A stretch of DNA of 64,000 bases, from assembly GCA_051859245.1 (NCBI GenBank), contig JBHYGA010000005.1, forward strand, positions 480,001 through 544,000, read 5' to 3'. Below, piece by piece: positions 20,621-34,593 of the stretch. This DNA comes from Gemmatimonadaceae bacterium. GTDB lineage: Bacteria; Gemmatimonadota; Gemmatimonadetes; Gemmatimonadales; Gemmatimonadaceae. Under the pieces are notes generated by a model. That model was given only the letters and a program-made list of their open reading frames with translations, made no database searches and was not told where the DNA came from. How positions within the stretch are numbered: the stretch's first letter is position 1; each line of letters begins with the position of its first letter. A program made the translations under genes and the position numbers.

Positions 20621-23220
20621 CGCACATCGCGATAGAGCACGTCTTCGAGAGAGTTGAGCGAGCGAAGGCTGATTCCGACTACACGTACTTCTCGACGCTA
20701 CTCCTCGCAGCAGAGGCGCTCGCAAAGACCATCGTCCTAGGAGTCGTGGCATCTATCGCGGATGACACTGAGCGAAACCGCTACCGGCTAGAACATCAAC
20801 TCGTTCGCGCAGACGGCATTGGCGACTGGGGGAGGGTAATCGAAGATGCCCTAGTCGGCCCTGCATCGCAGTTCCTCCTCAGCGAAGCGAGAGAGGAACA
20901 AGCAGAACTGACTCGGCAATGCAAGGCAGGCGAATGGCAATACGACGCTACGGCGGCGCTGAGAGCGGCGTTGACTCACCTCAGAATTGAAGCGGAGGAG
21001 GTCCCGATCAAGTCGGACATGAAGCGATGGTTTCGTCTTTTTTCGACGCTAAGAAACAAGACAAGGGCGCATGGAGCAACACTCCCCGAGGAAACGACAG
21101 AGGCGGCGCACAACATCGCGAACAGCATCAAACTAGTGTATGCCAATTTTCGACTGTTCAAACGGCCTTGGGCGCACCTGCACCAGAATATCAGCCGCAA
21201 GTATCGTATCTCCGGCATCACCGAGGAAACTGCGGATTTCGACTTCTTGAAGAAGGTACAGAATCGGCAGTTCCCCAATGGAATCTACCTGTTCATGGGC
21301 AGTCCCCGCCGCGTCCCGCTTATTTGCACCGACGCTGAACTCCGAGATTTCTTCTTTGCAAACGGGGGATTGACCGCCAGGAAGTTCGAGATGCTCTCGT
21401 ACTACTCGAACGACAGAATGCAGGGGGATGGAGCTGCGTACCTAGTGCCCCCGGGGGTTCTTCCCGCAAGTGAGACGGAAGGCCACGGGGAGCTCGTTCC
21501 TAAGGGCAACTGCTTCTCCAACGTGCCGGACCTTCTGTCTGACTACGTGAGTCGTCCGCGACTTGAAGCTGAGCTCAGAGGTTTGCTCCTCGATGAGAAG
21601 CGTCCGATCATAACCTTGGTAGGCCGCGGCGGCATCGGGAAAACGTCCCTCGCCTTGAGGGTTATCAATGGAATCTACGAAGAGCAGCGCTACGATTGCA
21701 TTGTCTGGCTGAGCGCGCGAGACGTGGACCTACAGTTCACGGGCCCCAAGCCCGTTCGGCCGATGGTGCTTTCGCCTGAGGACATGAGCAAGTTCTACGC
21801 GGGCCTTGTGCTCCCATCGGCAAAGATCAGCGACAAAGGATTCAAGGCGCGCACTTTCTTTGAACAGCAGCTTCAGAAGTGTGACCTGGGGGCCTGTCTC
21901 TTCGTATTCGACAACTTCGAAACAACTCAGAGTCCAGCCGAGATGTTTAGCTGGATTGATTCATTCATCCGACTTCCGAACAAGGCACTCATCACGACGC
22001 GTCTCCGTGAGTTTAAGGGCGACTACCCTGTAGAAGTCTCTGGTATGGAGGAAGCAGAGGCACGAGTACTCATCGATCGAACGGCCGCCTCTGTTCATGT
22101 GTCGGACTTGATCGATGCGGAATACGTCAACAAGCTGCTCGCTCACTCCGAAGGGCACCCGTATGTTATCAAGATTCTGCTGGGCGAGGTCGCCAAGCTT
22201 AAACGAGCGGCAAATATCCCGCAGATGGTCGCAGGGACGGATGACATCTTGACCGCGCTGTTCGAGAGGACTTATGCCTCCCTCTCTCCGTGCGCTCAAA
22301 GAGCTTTTCTCACTCTCTCAGCATGGAACTCTCCCGTTCCGCGTTTGGTCCTAGAAGCCGTTCTGTTTCGCTCAACCGAAGAACGGAACGAGGTGGAGAA
22401 GGGAATCGAGGCGTTGCTCCAGTACTCGATGGCAGAACTTCATATCGCGCCATCGGACAAGCAGGAGTTCATTGCCCTTCCGCTTGTCGCCAGCGTATTC
22501 GGAAAGAAGAAACTCAACATCAGCCCATCTAGAGTTGCAATTCAGTCCGATGTAGAACTACTGCAAATGCTTGGGCCTAGTCGTCGTGACGACGTGCACC
22601 TCGGTCTGGCACGAAGATTGGAGAGCTTCATCGGGAATATTTCAAGACGGATCGACGCAGGTGAAACGTACGAGTCTTTCGCGCCGGTGCTAGAAGCAAT
22701 CTGTCGCGCATACAATCCTGGATGGCTTCTCCTCGCTCGCTGGCATATGGAGGAACGCACGGTGAGCGGATACCAACTCGCCAAGGAAGAGTTGCGACGA
22801 TTCTTGGAGAACGGACCGCCGAGTGCTGAGGCAGCAGAAGCATGGCGCCTGCTCGGTCACGCGTGCTACCAAACTGGCGATGCCCTTGGTGAGGTTCACG
22901 CGTACGTAGAGCGAGCACAAGGTTCTGACCTCTCTTTCCACGACCTTTCTAGTTCCGCCAACCGGTTGAACCAGTACTTCTCCGAGCACGGACACGAGAT
23001 TGAGCGAGAGCAAAAGCGCGATCTCGCGACTAGACTGCTCTCGGTGATTAGCGCACGATGTGTTGAAGCTGAGCCCGATGACTACTCTCGAATGGCATGG
23101 CTGGCAAATCACGCTGGACAGGAAGGTTTGGCGAGGGAGTATGTGGCAGCCGGCCTCGATGAGGATGCAACGAATGGGCATCTCGTCAAGCTTGCCCAAC
23201 GATTCGGAATGCAGTTCTGA
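20617..23220 (+). CDS. HEPN-like domain + NB-ARC/STAND NTPase + helical (TPR-like) protein
   Basis: EALAK..., LRNKTRAHG; Walker A GRGGIGKT; Walker B FVFDNFE; ITTR; GHP; helical C-terminus. Confidence 0.8.
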   Translation: MTHIAIEHVFERVERAKADSDYTYFSTLLLAAEALAKTIVLGVVASIADDTERNRYRLEHQLVRADGIGDWGRVIEDALVGPASQFLLSEAREEQAELTRQCKAGEWQYDATAALRAALTHLRIEAEEVPIKSDMKRWFRLFSTLRNKTRAHGATLPEETTEAAHNIANSIKLVYANFRLFKRPWAHLHQNISRKYRISGITEETADFDFLKKVQNRQFPNGIYLFMGSPRRVPLICTDAELRDFFFANGGLTARKFEMLSYYSNDRMQGDGAAYLVPPGVLPASETEGHGELVPKGNCFSNVPDLLSDYVSRPRLEAELRGLLLDEKRPIITLVGRGGIGKTSLALRVINGIYEEQRYDCIVWLSARDVDLQFTGPKPVRPMVLSPEDMSKFYAGLVLPSAKISDKGFKARTFFEQQLQKCDLGACLFVFDNFETTQSPAEMFSWIDSFIRLPNKALITTRLREFKGDYPVEVSGMEEAEARVLIDRTAASVHVSDLIDAEYVNKLLAHSEGHPYVIKILLGEVAKLKRAANIPQMVAGTDDILTALFERTYASLSPCAQRAFLTLSAWNSPVPRLVLEAVLFRSTEERNEVEKGIEALLQYSMAELHIAPSDKQEFIALPLVASVFGKKKLNISPSRVAIQSDVELLQMLGPSRRDDVHLGLARRLESFIGNISRRIDAGETYESFAPVLEAICRAYNPGWLLLARWHMEERTVSGYQLAKEELRRFLENGPPSAEAAEAWRLLGHACYQTGDALGEVHAYVERAQGSDLSFHDLSSSANRLNQYFSEHGHEIEREQKRDLATRLLSVISARCVEAEPDDYSRMAWLANHAGQEGLAREYVAAGLDEDATNGHLVKLAQRFGMQF

Positions 23221-23223
23221 ACG

Positions 23224-26379
<3,156 letters not shown>

Positions 26380-26632
26380 AGTTGCAATGGCTATCTCCGT
26401 AGCGACCGGCCATTTAGAGTGGTGTCTATTCCGGTGCAAATGTCAGAGCATGGCGCAATAGAACGTCGTCCCGGTCCTGCATGATTTGCGGAGATACGAC
26501 GGCAGCTACAGAAAGGAGATCTACTAGCATTACGCGCTGTTTATTACTTAAAGTCGCCCGCAAAGGGCCGCCATAGCTAAGATCATCTGCGGCTGGCAAT
26601 CCCCTCGTGATTGACGGACGCCAGTCTCGGAG

Positions 26633-26860
26633 TTAAGCCGCGAGTGCAAGTTTCATGGACGGCGTGATCCGCCCGGGTGCCTTGTTTGACCGATTGTTGA
26701 TGTAGGTCCAGAGCCAGTACATGCACCGCACGTGTCTGGCGGCGAAGTGCGTGGCGCTGCACCATTGGCAGCGAACTAGCATGTGTTCGTGTGGTCGCCT
26801 TCGCACGGTCGAGAATTTGGATCGGTAGTGCCTGGACACGGTCACACAACAGTTGCTCAT
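26633..26860 (-). pseudogene. Possible degraded transposase C-terminus
   Basis: ...RRR...WTYINNR...ITPSMKLAL resembles the N.R...TPAM..GL tail of IS1-like transposases; no ends found. Confidence 0.3.
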
Positions 26861-26884
26861 TGAGCTTCACAGCTCTTCCCGTTA

Positions 26885-28303
26885 TTGACCCAGTCCTTGA
26901 TCGCGCCCACCACAATCCCGAACGCTACGTCGCACGCATTCTTTTCCGCACCATGGGAACCGTTCACCGAGCGGAGAGGTGACGCACTGGGGCTGCGTGC
27001 GCTCGCTGACGAGTTCGCCGATGCTGTGACTCCCGGCATGAGCGGGCGGATTAGCGATGCCCGTTGGATAACAATCCTGTCGTGGTGTTTGGTCCGCGCG
27101 CACGAAGTCCACAGCGTGGCAGGAGAAGGGCAAGTCAACACGAAGGTGCATCAGCGAGAGCGGTATGATTGGCTGCGCCCGCTCGAACTCCTCTGGATCG
27201 CACGCACCATTCGATTGAGCGCGGACTTCACCAAGCGGCCGCTGCCGGGTCGACGCGGCGTCAAACTGTGGTGCGAAGGTAGCCGGAAGCTAGCTCACAA
27301 CTTCGGCCTCTCGGACGAACAATTTGATCGGTACCGGCAAAGCGGCATCTACGGAGCGTATCGCGTTGCGTTTCGTAAATGGCCTGGCCTGACGATGCAG
27401 GGGGATGGCTGGACCCCGGGGCCCGAAGCGCACAAACTGGCGAGTTGGCTCGACGAAAAGTTGAGCGTTGCCAGCCCTCACTGGGGCGGGGATCATGATG
27501 ACGGCGTAGAGAGCCCTACGCGCCGTAGCGTATTGGCCGGATCGGCGGATAAATCGAAATGGTGGCTACATCACTGGCACACCTTCGATTCGCCCGGCGG
27601 CGGCTTTGACAGCGCAACTCTGCCACGGCCCCGCGATGAGTTCGCTTCGCTCCCCGAGCGAAAGATCCTGCATCCGATCGCGTTCGGTGAAGACTTGATG
27701 GGACGTCGTCGGCGAGACATCTCGAAATCGATGTCGCGCTCCAACGCGCACAATGTGCTCGGGCTCTGCGATGACTTGTCGTCAGAGTACGCAGCGCATC
27801 CCGCGATTTGTCGACTTGGCGACTTCGCTCGCCTGTTGGACGCGGGGCTTTCGCTTATGGACTTCGTTGCGCAAGCCATGGACGGCAATAAACCGAAGCA
27901 ACCCATGGATCACATCACGCGTTCCCCCGAAGCACAGCAACTGTGCGCTCGGCTTTTCGAGGCGAGTCAACAGTGGCTGCGTAACGAGAACGCGGCACTG
28001 CGTCACGCTGAACAGGCCCGTACGTTCGCCGAGGCGATACCGTCGGCCATGCCATCAGAATGCATCGCGTCGCTGCTGCGGCACCACGAGCATCACGGGA
28101 GCGGCAAGCGGTGGTTCGTGTTGCGTGACGGGAACGTGTTGCTGCGCACCCCGCAGCGCGCGCTGAATGGTCTGAGCTGGTTTCGCCTTGGCGCGCTCGC
28201 TCGCATCGCGGTGCAGGTGGGGGAGCTGCCGACAATGCCACGAGCACTAATGCACAATGGAGAGAGCGACGACTTGCCTGAGGATGAGACGAGTGTCGAA
28301 TAG
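26885..28303 (+). CDS. Hypothetical protein (DUF6361-like N-terminus), gene 1 of a three-gene putative defence operon
   Basis: DALGL...FADAVTPG....RW, YGAYR; start codon uncertain. Confidence 0.65.
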   Translation: MTQSLIAPTTIPNATSHAFFSAPWEPFTERRGDALGLRALADEFADAVTPGMSGRISDARWITILSWCLVRAHEVHSVAGEGQVNTKVHQRERYDWLRPLELLWIARTIRLSADFTKRPLPGRRGVKLWCEGSRKLAHNFGLSDEQFDRYRQSGIYGAYRVAFRKWPGLTMQGDGWTPGPEAHKLASWLDEKLSVASPHWGGDHDDGVESPTRRSVLAGSADKSKWWLHHWHTFDSPGGGFDSATLPRPRDEFASLPERKILHPIAFGEDLMGRRRRDISKSMSRSNAHNVLGLCDDLSSEYAAHPAICRLGDFARLLDAGLSLMDFVAQAMDGNKPKQPMDHITRSPEAQQLCARLFEASQQWLRNENAALRHAEQARTFAEAIPSAMPSECIASLLRHHEHHGSGKRWFVLRDGNVLLRTPQRALNGLSWFRLGALARIAVQVGELPTMPRALMHNGESDDLPEDETSVE

Positions 28304-30269
28304 CACCATGGGATGGGAGCCCCTGCTGGCGTTCGCTATGCCGGATTCCGCCGTACTGCGCGGTGCGCTGTTCACAACCTACGACCGTCCGGACGGACAG
28401 TTCCTCGCAGAACAGCTGCTCAGATCAGTGCTGCGCATTGATCGACGAGCGTCGGCCGAACTTGCTGAGCACCGTTGTTTCCTAATCGAGCTGTTGGACC
28501 GCGTGATGGAGCTGAAAGACGACATCACTATCATCTCTTCAACGTCACGAGACGAGGTTTCGGAGTCTCCGCCGGACGGTGCCACACAATACCAATGGTT
28601 GTTGAATCTGATTCGACCACTGACTGTTGGCAGGACGGGAAAGGCGGTGCAACATGCCAAGCTGTGGATGCTGCACTGGGCTTGTCTTGGAACCAACGCT
28701 GAATACCTCGAGATCGTAGTCTCATCAGCGAATCTGACCTACGCGTCATTCAGCAGCCAATTGCAGGCGGCATGGCGTGTCCTCGTACCACTGCAGACGA
28801 GCTCGAGCGAAAAGCGACGCAGCACCTGGGGAATCCTTCCGCACTTTCTTCGCGCGCTTGGTGAGGCCACAGGTGACGCACCGCGGGTGGCACGTATGGG
28901 CGATCTGCTGGCGCGTGCTGATTGTCCCGACGGTGTCACGTTCCTCGCGAGCGTGCCAGGGCGGCACAATGCGAGCGTACTCCGAAAGACACCTTGGGGT
29001 GTTGCCGGATTGTCAAAGATTCTTCCGCCAGGAAATGGAAGCCCGAGGATCTTCGTATCGGCTCCGTCGGTCGGCGACTGGAGTGAGCGAGCGATTGCAG
29101 ATTGGGCAAAGTTCGCAGGCTCGACGGCCGACCGCGTGTCTCTGGTTTGGGTGGATCAGGAACACGACTGGGCGCGACCAGGGCGGTGGTGCATGACCGC
29201 TTCCGCGCGGTCGGCGTTGCTCAATGCCGGCGTCACGTTCGCGCAGTATGGCGCCGGCAATGACCATACTGAAGACGATCGTGTGCATGAAGCGCACGGA
29301 CTGCGAGATCGACGTTGGAGTCACGCCAAGCTCTATGCGCTCGCGCGAGGGAACTCACGCCGTTTAGTTGTGACCTCGGCGAACTTCAGTACCGCGGCTT
29401 GGGGTAGACCGAACTCCGACGGATCACTGCATATCACCAACTTTGAACTGGGCGTGTCCATTCCAAAGATGCAGTGGCCGTTCGCTGCGCTTCTGCCGTT
29501 TGACAACACGGATCGTGCGGCGGTTGCGGATCGACTGCCGCTGTTGGAGAGTGGGCCTATCGAGTGGGCGTACGCGGAGTGGGACGGAGCTGAGGTGCGT
29601 ATTCAGGTCCGATGTATCGAGCCCAAACAGCTAAGTGCTCTGATCGTAACTCGGTCGAGTGAATCGTCGCTGAGCGAGTGGACGGCGGATACTGACGCGT
29701 TCTTACTCTCGGGTACCGTTCCATGGAGCGCAGAGCAGGAGACACCGGTCGAAATCGTGTTCCGCTGCGGCGCGCATGAGCTACGAGCACCGGTGTTTGA
29801 TGTCCGCGCAGACCCGGCCGCCGTGGCGTCTATGCTCACCGGCCTCGGCGAAGACGAGGCCCAGTTGCTGCTGGACGACATGTTGTTCGAGCGTTTTGGG
29901 TCTCTCGCTGTCAACGAGCGGGCGCTCGAAGGTCGGGGCGCTCCGATGATCGACACGGAACGTGAGGAAGAGAACGAAGGCGACGATCCCACGGCGCTGG
30001 GCAGCGGCGACAGCTACGGGATCGCGGAGTTTGAATGGGCACGCCGCCAACTTGGAGTAGTCGATGCGTGGCAAATGCAGGTGGACCAGGCAACGCAGCA
30101 GAGGGGCGATCGCCACGCGCGGGACGGGCGGCAGCTCGTCGCGGCTTTCGAGCGACGCGTGTCGGCGGAACTGATCCGCGATAAGGCGAAAGTGGCCGGT
30201 GCTCGTATCGCGCTCGAAGAGATGCGCGTCCGGCTAAAAGCGATGGAGAGTACGAATGCCGACAGGTGA
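28293..30269 (+). CDS. Phospholipase D/TDP1-like nuclease
   Basis: Two motifs, HAKL...SSANLT and HAKL...TSANFS; NFELGV. Confidence 0.85.
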   Translation: MSNSTMGWEPLLAFAMPDSAVLRGALFTTYDRPDGQFLAEQLLRSVLRIDRRASAELAEHRCFLIELLDRVMELKDDITIISSTSRDEVSESPPDGATQYQWLLNLIRPLTVGRTGKAVQHAKLWMLHWACLGTNAEYLEIVVSSANLTYASFSSQLQAAWRVLVPLQTSSSEKRRSTWGILPHFLRALGEATGDAPRVARMGDLLARADCPDGVTFLASVPGRHNASVLRKTPWGVAGLSKILPPGNGSPRIFVSAPSVGDWSERAIADWAKFAGSTADRVSLVWVDQEHDWARPGRWCMTASARSALLNAGVTFAQYGAGNDHTEDDRVHEAHGLRDRRWSHAKLYALARGNSRRLVVTSANFSTAAWGRPNSDGSLHITNFELGVSIPKMQWPFAALLPFDNTDRAAVADRLPLLESGPIEWAYAEWDGAEVRIQVRCIEPKQLSALIVTRSSESSLSEWTADTDAFLLSGTVPWSAEQETPVEIVFRCGAHELRAPVFDVRADPAAVASMLTGLGEDEAQLLLDDMLFERFGSLAVNERALEGRGAPMIDTEREEENEGDDPTALGSGDSYGIAEFEWARRQLGVVDAWQMQVDQATQQRGDRHARDGRQLVAAFERRVSAELIRDKAKVAGARIALEEMRVRLKAMESTNADR

Positions 30270-32442
30270 CCCGCCGGAGTCGCTCGGGCTTGGGGCGAAC
30301 CAATGGAAGTTTCTCGACCGCGCAGAGAAGTACATCTTGGCGAGCGACGCAACCAAGCAAGGGCGCAAGCTCTCGCCGGCGAGTACGCAACGACAGTTCG
30401 AGACAGCCGCTGAAATCCTGAAGCGACTGACGGGGAGCGCGAATACCGAATGTCAGCGAGGGGTACTGCTTGCTGACGACGTGGGCTTGGGTAAGACCAC
30501 CGTCGCTGCACTCGTCGCGTGGGTTGTCGCGCGTGCCGGAAGCGGTCGGCAAGTGAGGATTCTTGCACCGAACGATGTGATGGTCAGGCGTTGGCGCGAT
30601 GAGTTGCTCTCCCATGTCGCGCCGCTTGGGAAGTGCGCGAAGCATTTGGGGGCTCATACGAGACATGTACGCATCGAGCGCGTTGACAGTCTGAAGCGCG
30701 GGACGATTCAAGTCGTGAAGCACTCCTACGCATCGGCGGGCAAACTGCTCGCGTGCGATCTCCTGATTGTCGATGAAGCGCACCGTGCGAAAGGCGAAAA
30801 TAGTGCGTTCAGTCGGGCCCTGAAAGCGCAGCGGAAGCATGCCAAACGCACGCTCATCCTTACCGCAACGCCCTTCAGTATCCAGTTGGAAGAGCTTAAC
30901 CGGATGCTTTCGCTCGTCGGCGCTGTCCACATTCTGAAACCACTGCGCGATTTTTCGCGAGCCCGCGACCAGCTCTACGCAAGTAACACTGCTCAAAACG
31001 CCAACAGGTTGGCAGAGCGGTTGGTGACAAGTGCAACGCGTGCCGTGTCAGCGATTGCTCCGTATGTCATTCGACACGGGATTGATCAGCTGCCCGCGGA
31101 ACAAGACGCGTTCGGCAACAGCATGGACTGGCGCATCGAGGTGCCGCACGCCAGCGCTGATGAGGTATCGCTCATGCTGCGCATTGATCGCGTCCTCCGG
31201 CTGCTGCCAAAAGCGGAAGGCCGCCGCACTGGTCCGTCGAATGACCCGCGCTTTCATGTGGGTTGGCAACATCTTGATGCGGTTGTGGAGCGCGTAGAGG
31301 CAATGACCGCAGCCTTCTCCGCGCCAATCAAGCCCGTCGTCTCACAGCATCTTGATCAAATCCGGTCCCTGCGCCGTGGCGTGGGAGTGCACAGTAAGAT
31401 GCGCGCGGTAGGAGTTGCTGTTCGCGATGTCGTTACTTCGGGTGAAAAGGTGGTGATCTTTTGCCATCATCACGCGACGGCGCAGGAGCTCGCGTTGCAC
31501 TTGTCAACGGTTATTCCACCGCTCGCGCGACCGACTCGCTCTGAACGTAATGAATGGAGGAAAGCGTGGTCTGACATACTTCAGTCAACAGCGACTAGTG
31601 TGGGAGACGACCGCACGTTGGAGGCGTTCATCAACTGGCTTACCGCGGACGCTCAGCTGTCGCAGGTGTCAGCGTGGTTGCCGCAAGCCACGGGCGAGCA
31701 TACAACGCTTAGCTCCACACTTGAACACACACCCGCAAGGCATAAGAAGAACCCTGTTCCGATTGCCTCGGCGGCCCAAATGCTCTACCAGCAACTCTGC
31801 AGCTCCAGTTCGGGAGTCGCCGTGCTGCGGAATGCACTCACGGCCCCCTCTTCGATGCCGGCTGGGGCGAAGGCCACGCGCGTCTTCGCTACATGCCAGC
31901 GCGATGAAACAGCGAAGGCGGAACATCTATTTCTTCAAAACCAGCAGCCGGATACAGTGATGGCGATCTTCAACAGTCCGTTTGGGCCGGAGGCGCTAGT
32001 CGTCACTGATCGTTTGTCCGAGGGCGTTGATCTTCACAAGTACTGTCGCCATCTCGTGCACTACGAACTGGATCCCAGCCCCATCCGCACGGTGCAAAGG
32101 AACGGTCGACTGCGACGAGTGAGCTCCTGGGCCGCGATCGTCGGTGAGCCCATTCGGTATGCGTACCCGGCGTTTCGCGGAACACGCGATCAACGACTTG
32201 TGGAGATCATGCAGAAGCGACTCAACAGCTTCTCGCTGCTGCTCGGTGGCGTGCAATCGTTTGACGTGGACACGGATACCGAGGAGGACGAGCGCTGGCG
32301 GGACGGTGTGATCGCCCATGCGCGGCGGCAGTTGCAAAGTGTCGGCCTGCAGTTGTGCTGCGGAGCCGCGCAGGGCAACGTGGTGTCATTAAAGGAGCAG
32401 CTACCACCTAAACAGCGGGTCGCACAAGAGCGATTACCCTAA
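30256..32442 (+). CDS. SF2 (SNF2-like) helicase
   Basis: LADDVGLGKT, DEAH, TATP, SEGVDL, QRNGRLRR. Confidence 0.9.
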   Translation: MPTGDPPESLGLGANQWKFLDRAEKYILASDATKQGRKLSPASTQRQFETAAEILKRLTGSANTECQRGVLLADDVGLGKTTVAALVAWVVARAGSGRQVRILAPNDVMVRRWRDELLSHVAPLGKCAKHLGAHTRHVRIERVDSLKRGTIQVVKHSYASAGKLLACDLLIVDEAHRAKGENSAFSRALKAQRKHAKRTLILTATPFSIQLEELNRMLSLVGAVHILKPLRDFSRARDQLYASNTAQNANRLAERLVTSATRAVSAIAPYVIRHGIDQLPAEQDAFGNSMDWRIEVPHASADEVSLMLRIDRVLRLLPKAEGRRTGPSNDPRFHVGWQHLDAVVERVEAMTAAFSAPIKPVVSQHLDQIRSLRRGVGVHSKMRAVGVAVRDVVTSGEKVVIFCHHHATAQELALHLSTVIPPLARPTRSERNEWRKAWSDILQSTATSVGDDRTLEAFINWLTADAQLSQVSAWLPQATGEHTTLSSTLEHTPARHKKNPVPIASAAQMLYQQLCSSSSGVAVLRNALTAPSSMPAGAKATRVFATCQRDETAKAEHLFLQNQQPDTVMAIFNSPFGPEALVVTDRLSEGVDLHKYCRHLVHYELDPSPIRTVQRNGRLRRVSSWAAIVGEPIRYAYPAFRGTRDQRLVEIMQKRLNSFSLLLGGVQSFDVDTDTEEDERWRDGVIAHARRQLQSVGLQLCCGAAQGNVVSLKEQLPPKQRVAQERLP

Positions 32443-33102
32443 TGCAGTGAACGGATAGATTCGGCGCCATGGTAACACTCGCTGGTCGCAATCAAGCTCG
32501 GCGTCAGGCCCGCGGTGGCGAGCCCTGCTTGTGGCGCGCTGATACAGAGCCAAGCGGTAGAGACGGTTGGCCGTGGCCTACGGCTGCTGTTGTCGCGGTG
32601 CGTTACGATCCCGTCGACGTCTCTCTAAGTCGGATCTCGCGCGCTGAGGAATGAAGACCGGTGACCGAGACGAAGTGATCCGTGGCGGACACGCTGGCCG
32701 TCCTGACGACCGCTCATCGGATGCCGATGCCGCATCATGCAGCATCGAAGCGTTCGGCGCATGATGCAACAATCTGCGCATTCCGTGCACGTTGCATAAA
32801 GTGAGCGTTTGGTGCATGATGCGCATGTTGCAGCAATTCAGCGTTCGGCAAACCCGCAGCAATTCCGAACTGGAGTTTGGACACATCGACGACGTACTTT
32901 AGCGGCGACGTAGGTTCGCCATTACTGCGGAACTATACGATGCGGTCAAGTGCTCGACGCCGTCGACAGCGGTGCTGACCTACGATTTAGTCCCACAACA
33001 AGCAAACGCATGGTTTCATTTTGCGGTGTGCACACCCGATCGCTTCCCGTAGATGCGCAATAGGCGGCGTGGAGCTTCATCTTTACACGCAATTAAGCAA
33101 AC

Positions 33103-34593
33103 ATGTCGACTGCCGAGATGAAGGTAGAGTTGTACAATCGTGCCGAATCCCTACTCGCGTCATTGATCGACCGAGCGATAGCCGCAGGAGCTTTTCAACC
33201 CACTGATGCTGATCAGTCGGGACAGAAACTTGCTTGGCGTTTCTCCTTCGGATTCCTGCCTCTCATTCTGGCGGCCGATGGAGAGCTATCGTGGGACGAA
33301 CATGAGTTCTACAAGCAGTATTTCGGTGCGGAGTTAGGATACGCGGAAATCTTGGAACAGATTGAGAATGAGCGGTCGCTATATGCAGGATCTCTCGACA
33401 CCGTTCCCGAGTTTTTCGACGGCCTCGTGAGGCTCGATCGCAGCGAGCAGACCCGCACCGCACTCGGCGCACTCGAGGCGATAAAAGCAATGGGTTTCTT
33501 CGCTGCCTCGAGTGATTCAGAAACAGGGACCGAGGAGGTGCAGCTCATCCTCAGCTACCTGCAACTACTATCGCGCGCAGCTGTATCTGGAGGCGTTGCA
33601 ACCGCCGCACAGGCGACGAGCGTGATATCGGAAGGTTCGCTCATTGCATCATTGCATGATCAATGGGAGGCAGAGCAGGTGCAGGCCGACGCAACAGAGC
33701 CAGGCAAAAGTGACGAGGACACTTATCGCGGAGTTCCGGTTGTTGGTTTGTCTGCTACGAGAAACGAAAGTTCTGATGCAAAATCGCTTTCGGTGCTGAT
33801 CGAGGAGTTAAATGCCTTGGTCGGACTAGATCGGGTTAAGCAGGATGTGATTGGACTTACCAACTTGATGAAGGTTCGTCAGCTACGTCTGGAGCGCGGC
33901 CTCGCTGCGCCGACGATGTCGCTACATCTTGTTTTTACTGGCAACCCTGGAACTGGAAAGACCACCGTCGCAAGGATCTTGGCAGGCATCTACAAAGAGC
34001 TTGGTATCCTGCGTTGCGGTCATCTTGTTGAGACTGACCGGGCGGGTCTCGTTGCGCAGTACTCCGGCCAGACCCCGATGAAAACCAAGGATGCGTTTTC
34101 TCGAGCGCTCGGAGGCGTTCTCTTCATCGACGAGGCGTACGCGCTCGTGGCCGGTCGACACGAGCACGATTACGGATATGAGGCGGTCGACACGCTCCTG
34201 AAGTTGATGGAAGACCATCGAGACGATATCGTCGTTATCGTAGCGGGTTACGGCGATAAGATGACTCGCTTCCTGGAGTCTAATCCGGGGTTGCTATCGC
34301 GATTCAACAAGTTTGTAGACTTTGCCGACTATGTTCCGGATGATCTTAACGAAATCTTCCGTCGCCTTGCCGTGAAATCTGACTACCTGCTTTCCCCCGA
34401 AGCGGAACGTGCGGCTACGGCACTTGTGACGGCTCAGTACGAACTGCGCGACCAGCATTTTGGGAACGCGCGCTTCGTCCGCAACCTCTTCGAGCAGATC
34501 ATCGCGCAGCAGTCAAATCGTATAGCACACATGGACGACCCCTCACACGAGGATCTGTGCGCGATCCTGCAACAGGACATCCCGACAACGTGA
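33103..34593 (+). CDS. CbbX/SpoVK-family AAA+ ATPase with TerB-like N-terminus
   Basis: GNPGTGKT, LFIDEAY, NPGL.SRF, FGNAR; ADG.LS.DE motif at the N-terminus. Confidence 0.85.
   Translation: MSTAEMKVELYNRAESLLASLIDRAIAAGAFQPTDADQSGQKLAWRFSFGFLPLILAADGELSWDEHEFYKQYFGAELGYAEILEQIENERSLYAGSLDTVPEFFDGLVRLDRSEQTRTALGALEAIKAMGFFAASSDSETGTEEVQLILSYLQLLSRAAVSGGVATAAQATSVISEGSLIASLHDQWEAEQVQADATEPGKSDEDTYRGVPVVGLSATRNESSDAKSLSVLIEELNALVGLDRVKQDVIGLTNLMKVRQLRLERGLAAPTMSLHLVFTGNPGTGKTTVARILAGIYKELGILRCGHLVETDRAGLVAQYSGQTPMKTKDAFSRALGGVLFIDEAYALVAGRHEHDYGYEAVDTLLKLMEDHRDDIVVIVAGYGDKMTRFLESNPGLLSRFNKFVDFADYVPDDLNEIFRRLAVKSDYLLSPEAERAATALVTAQYELRDQHFGNARFVRNLFEQIIAQQSNRIAHMDDPSHEDLCAILQQDIPTT

Noticed and set aside
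32405..32510. attC after the helicase gene
   Set aside because: Only loose CCTAA...GTCAGGC ends, with no convincing stem
33103..34593. Rubisco activase CbbX implying carbon fixation
   Set aside because: Long unrelated N-terminus and no cbb genes in the window
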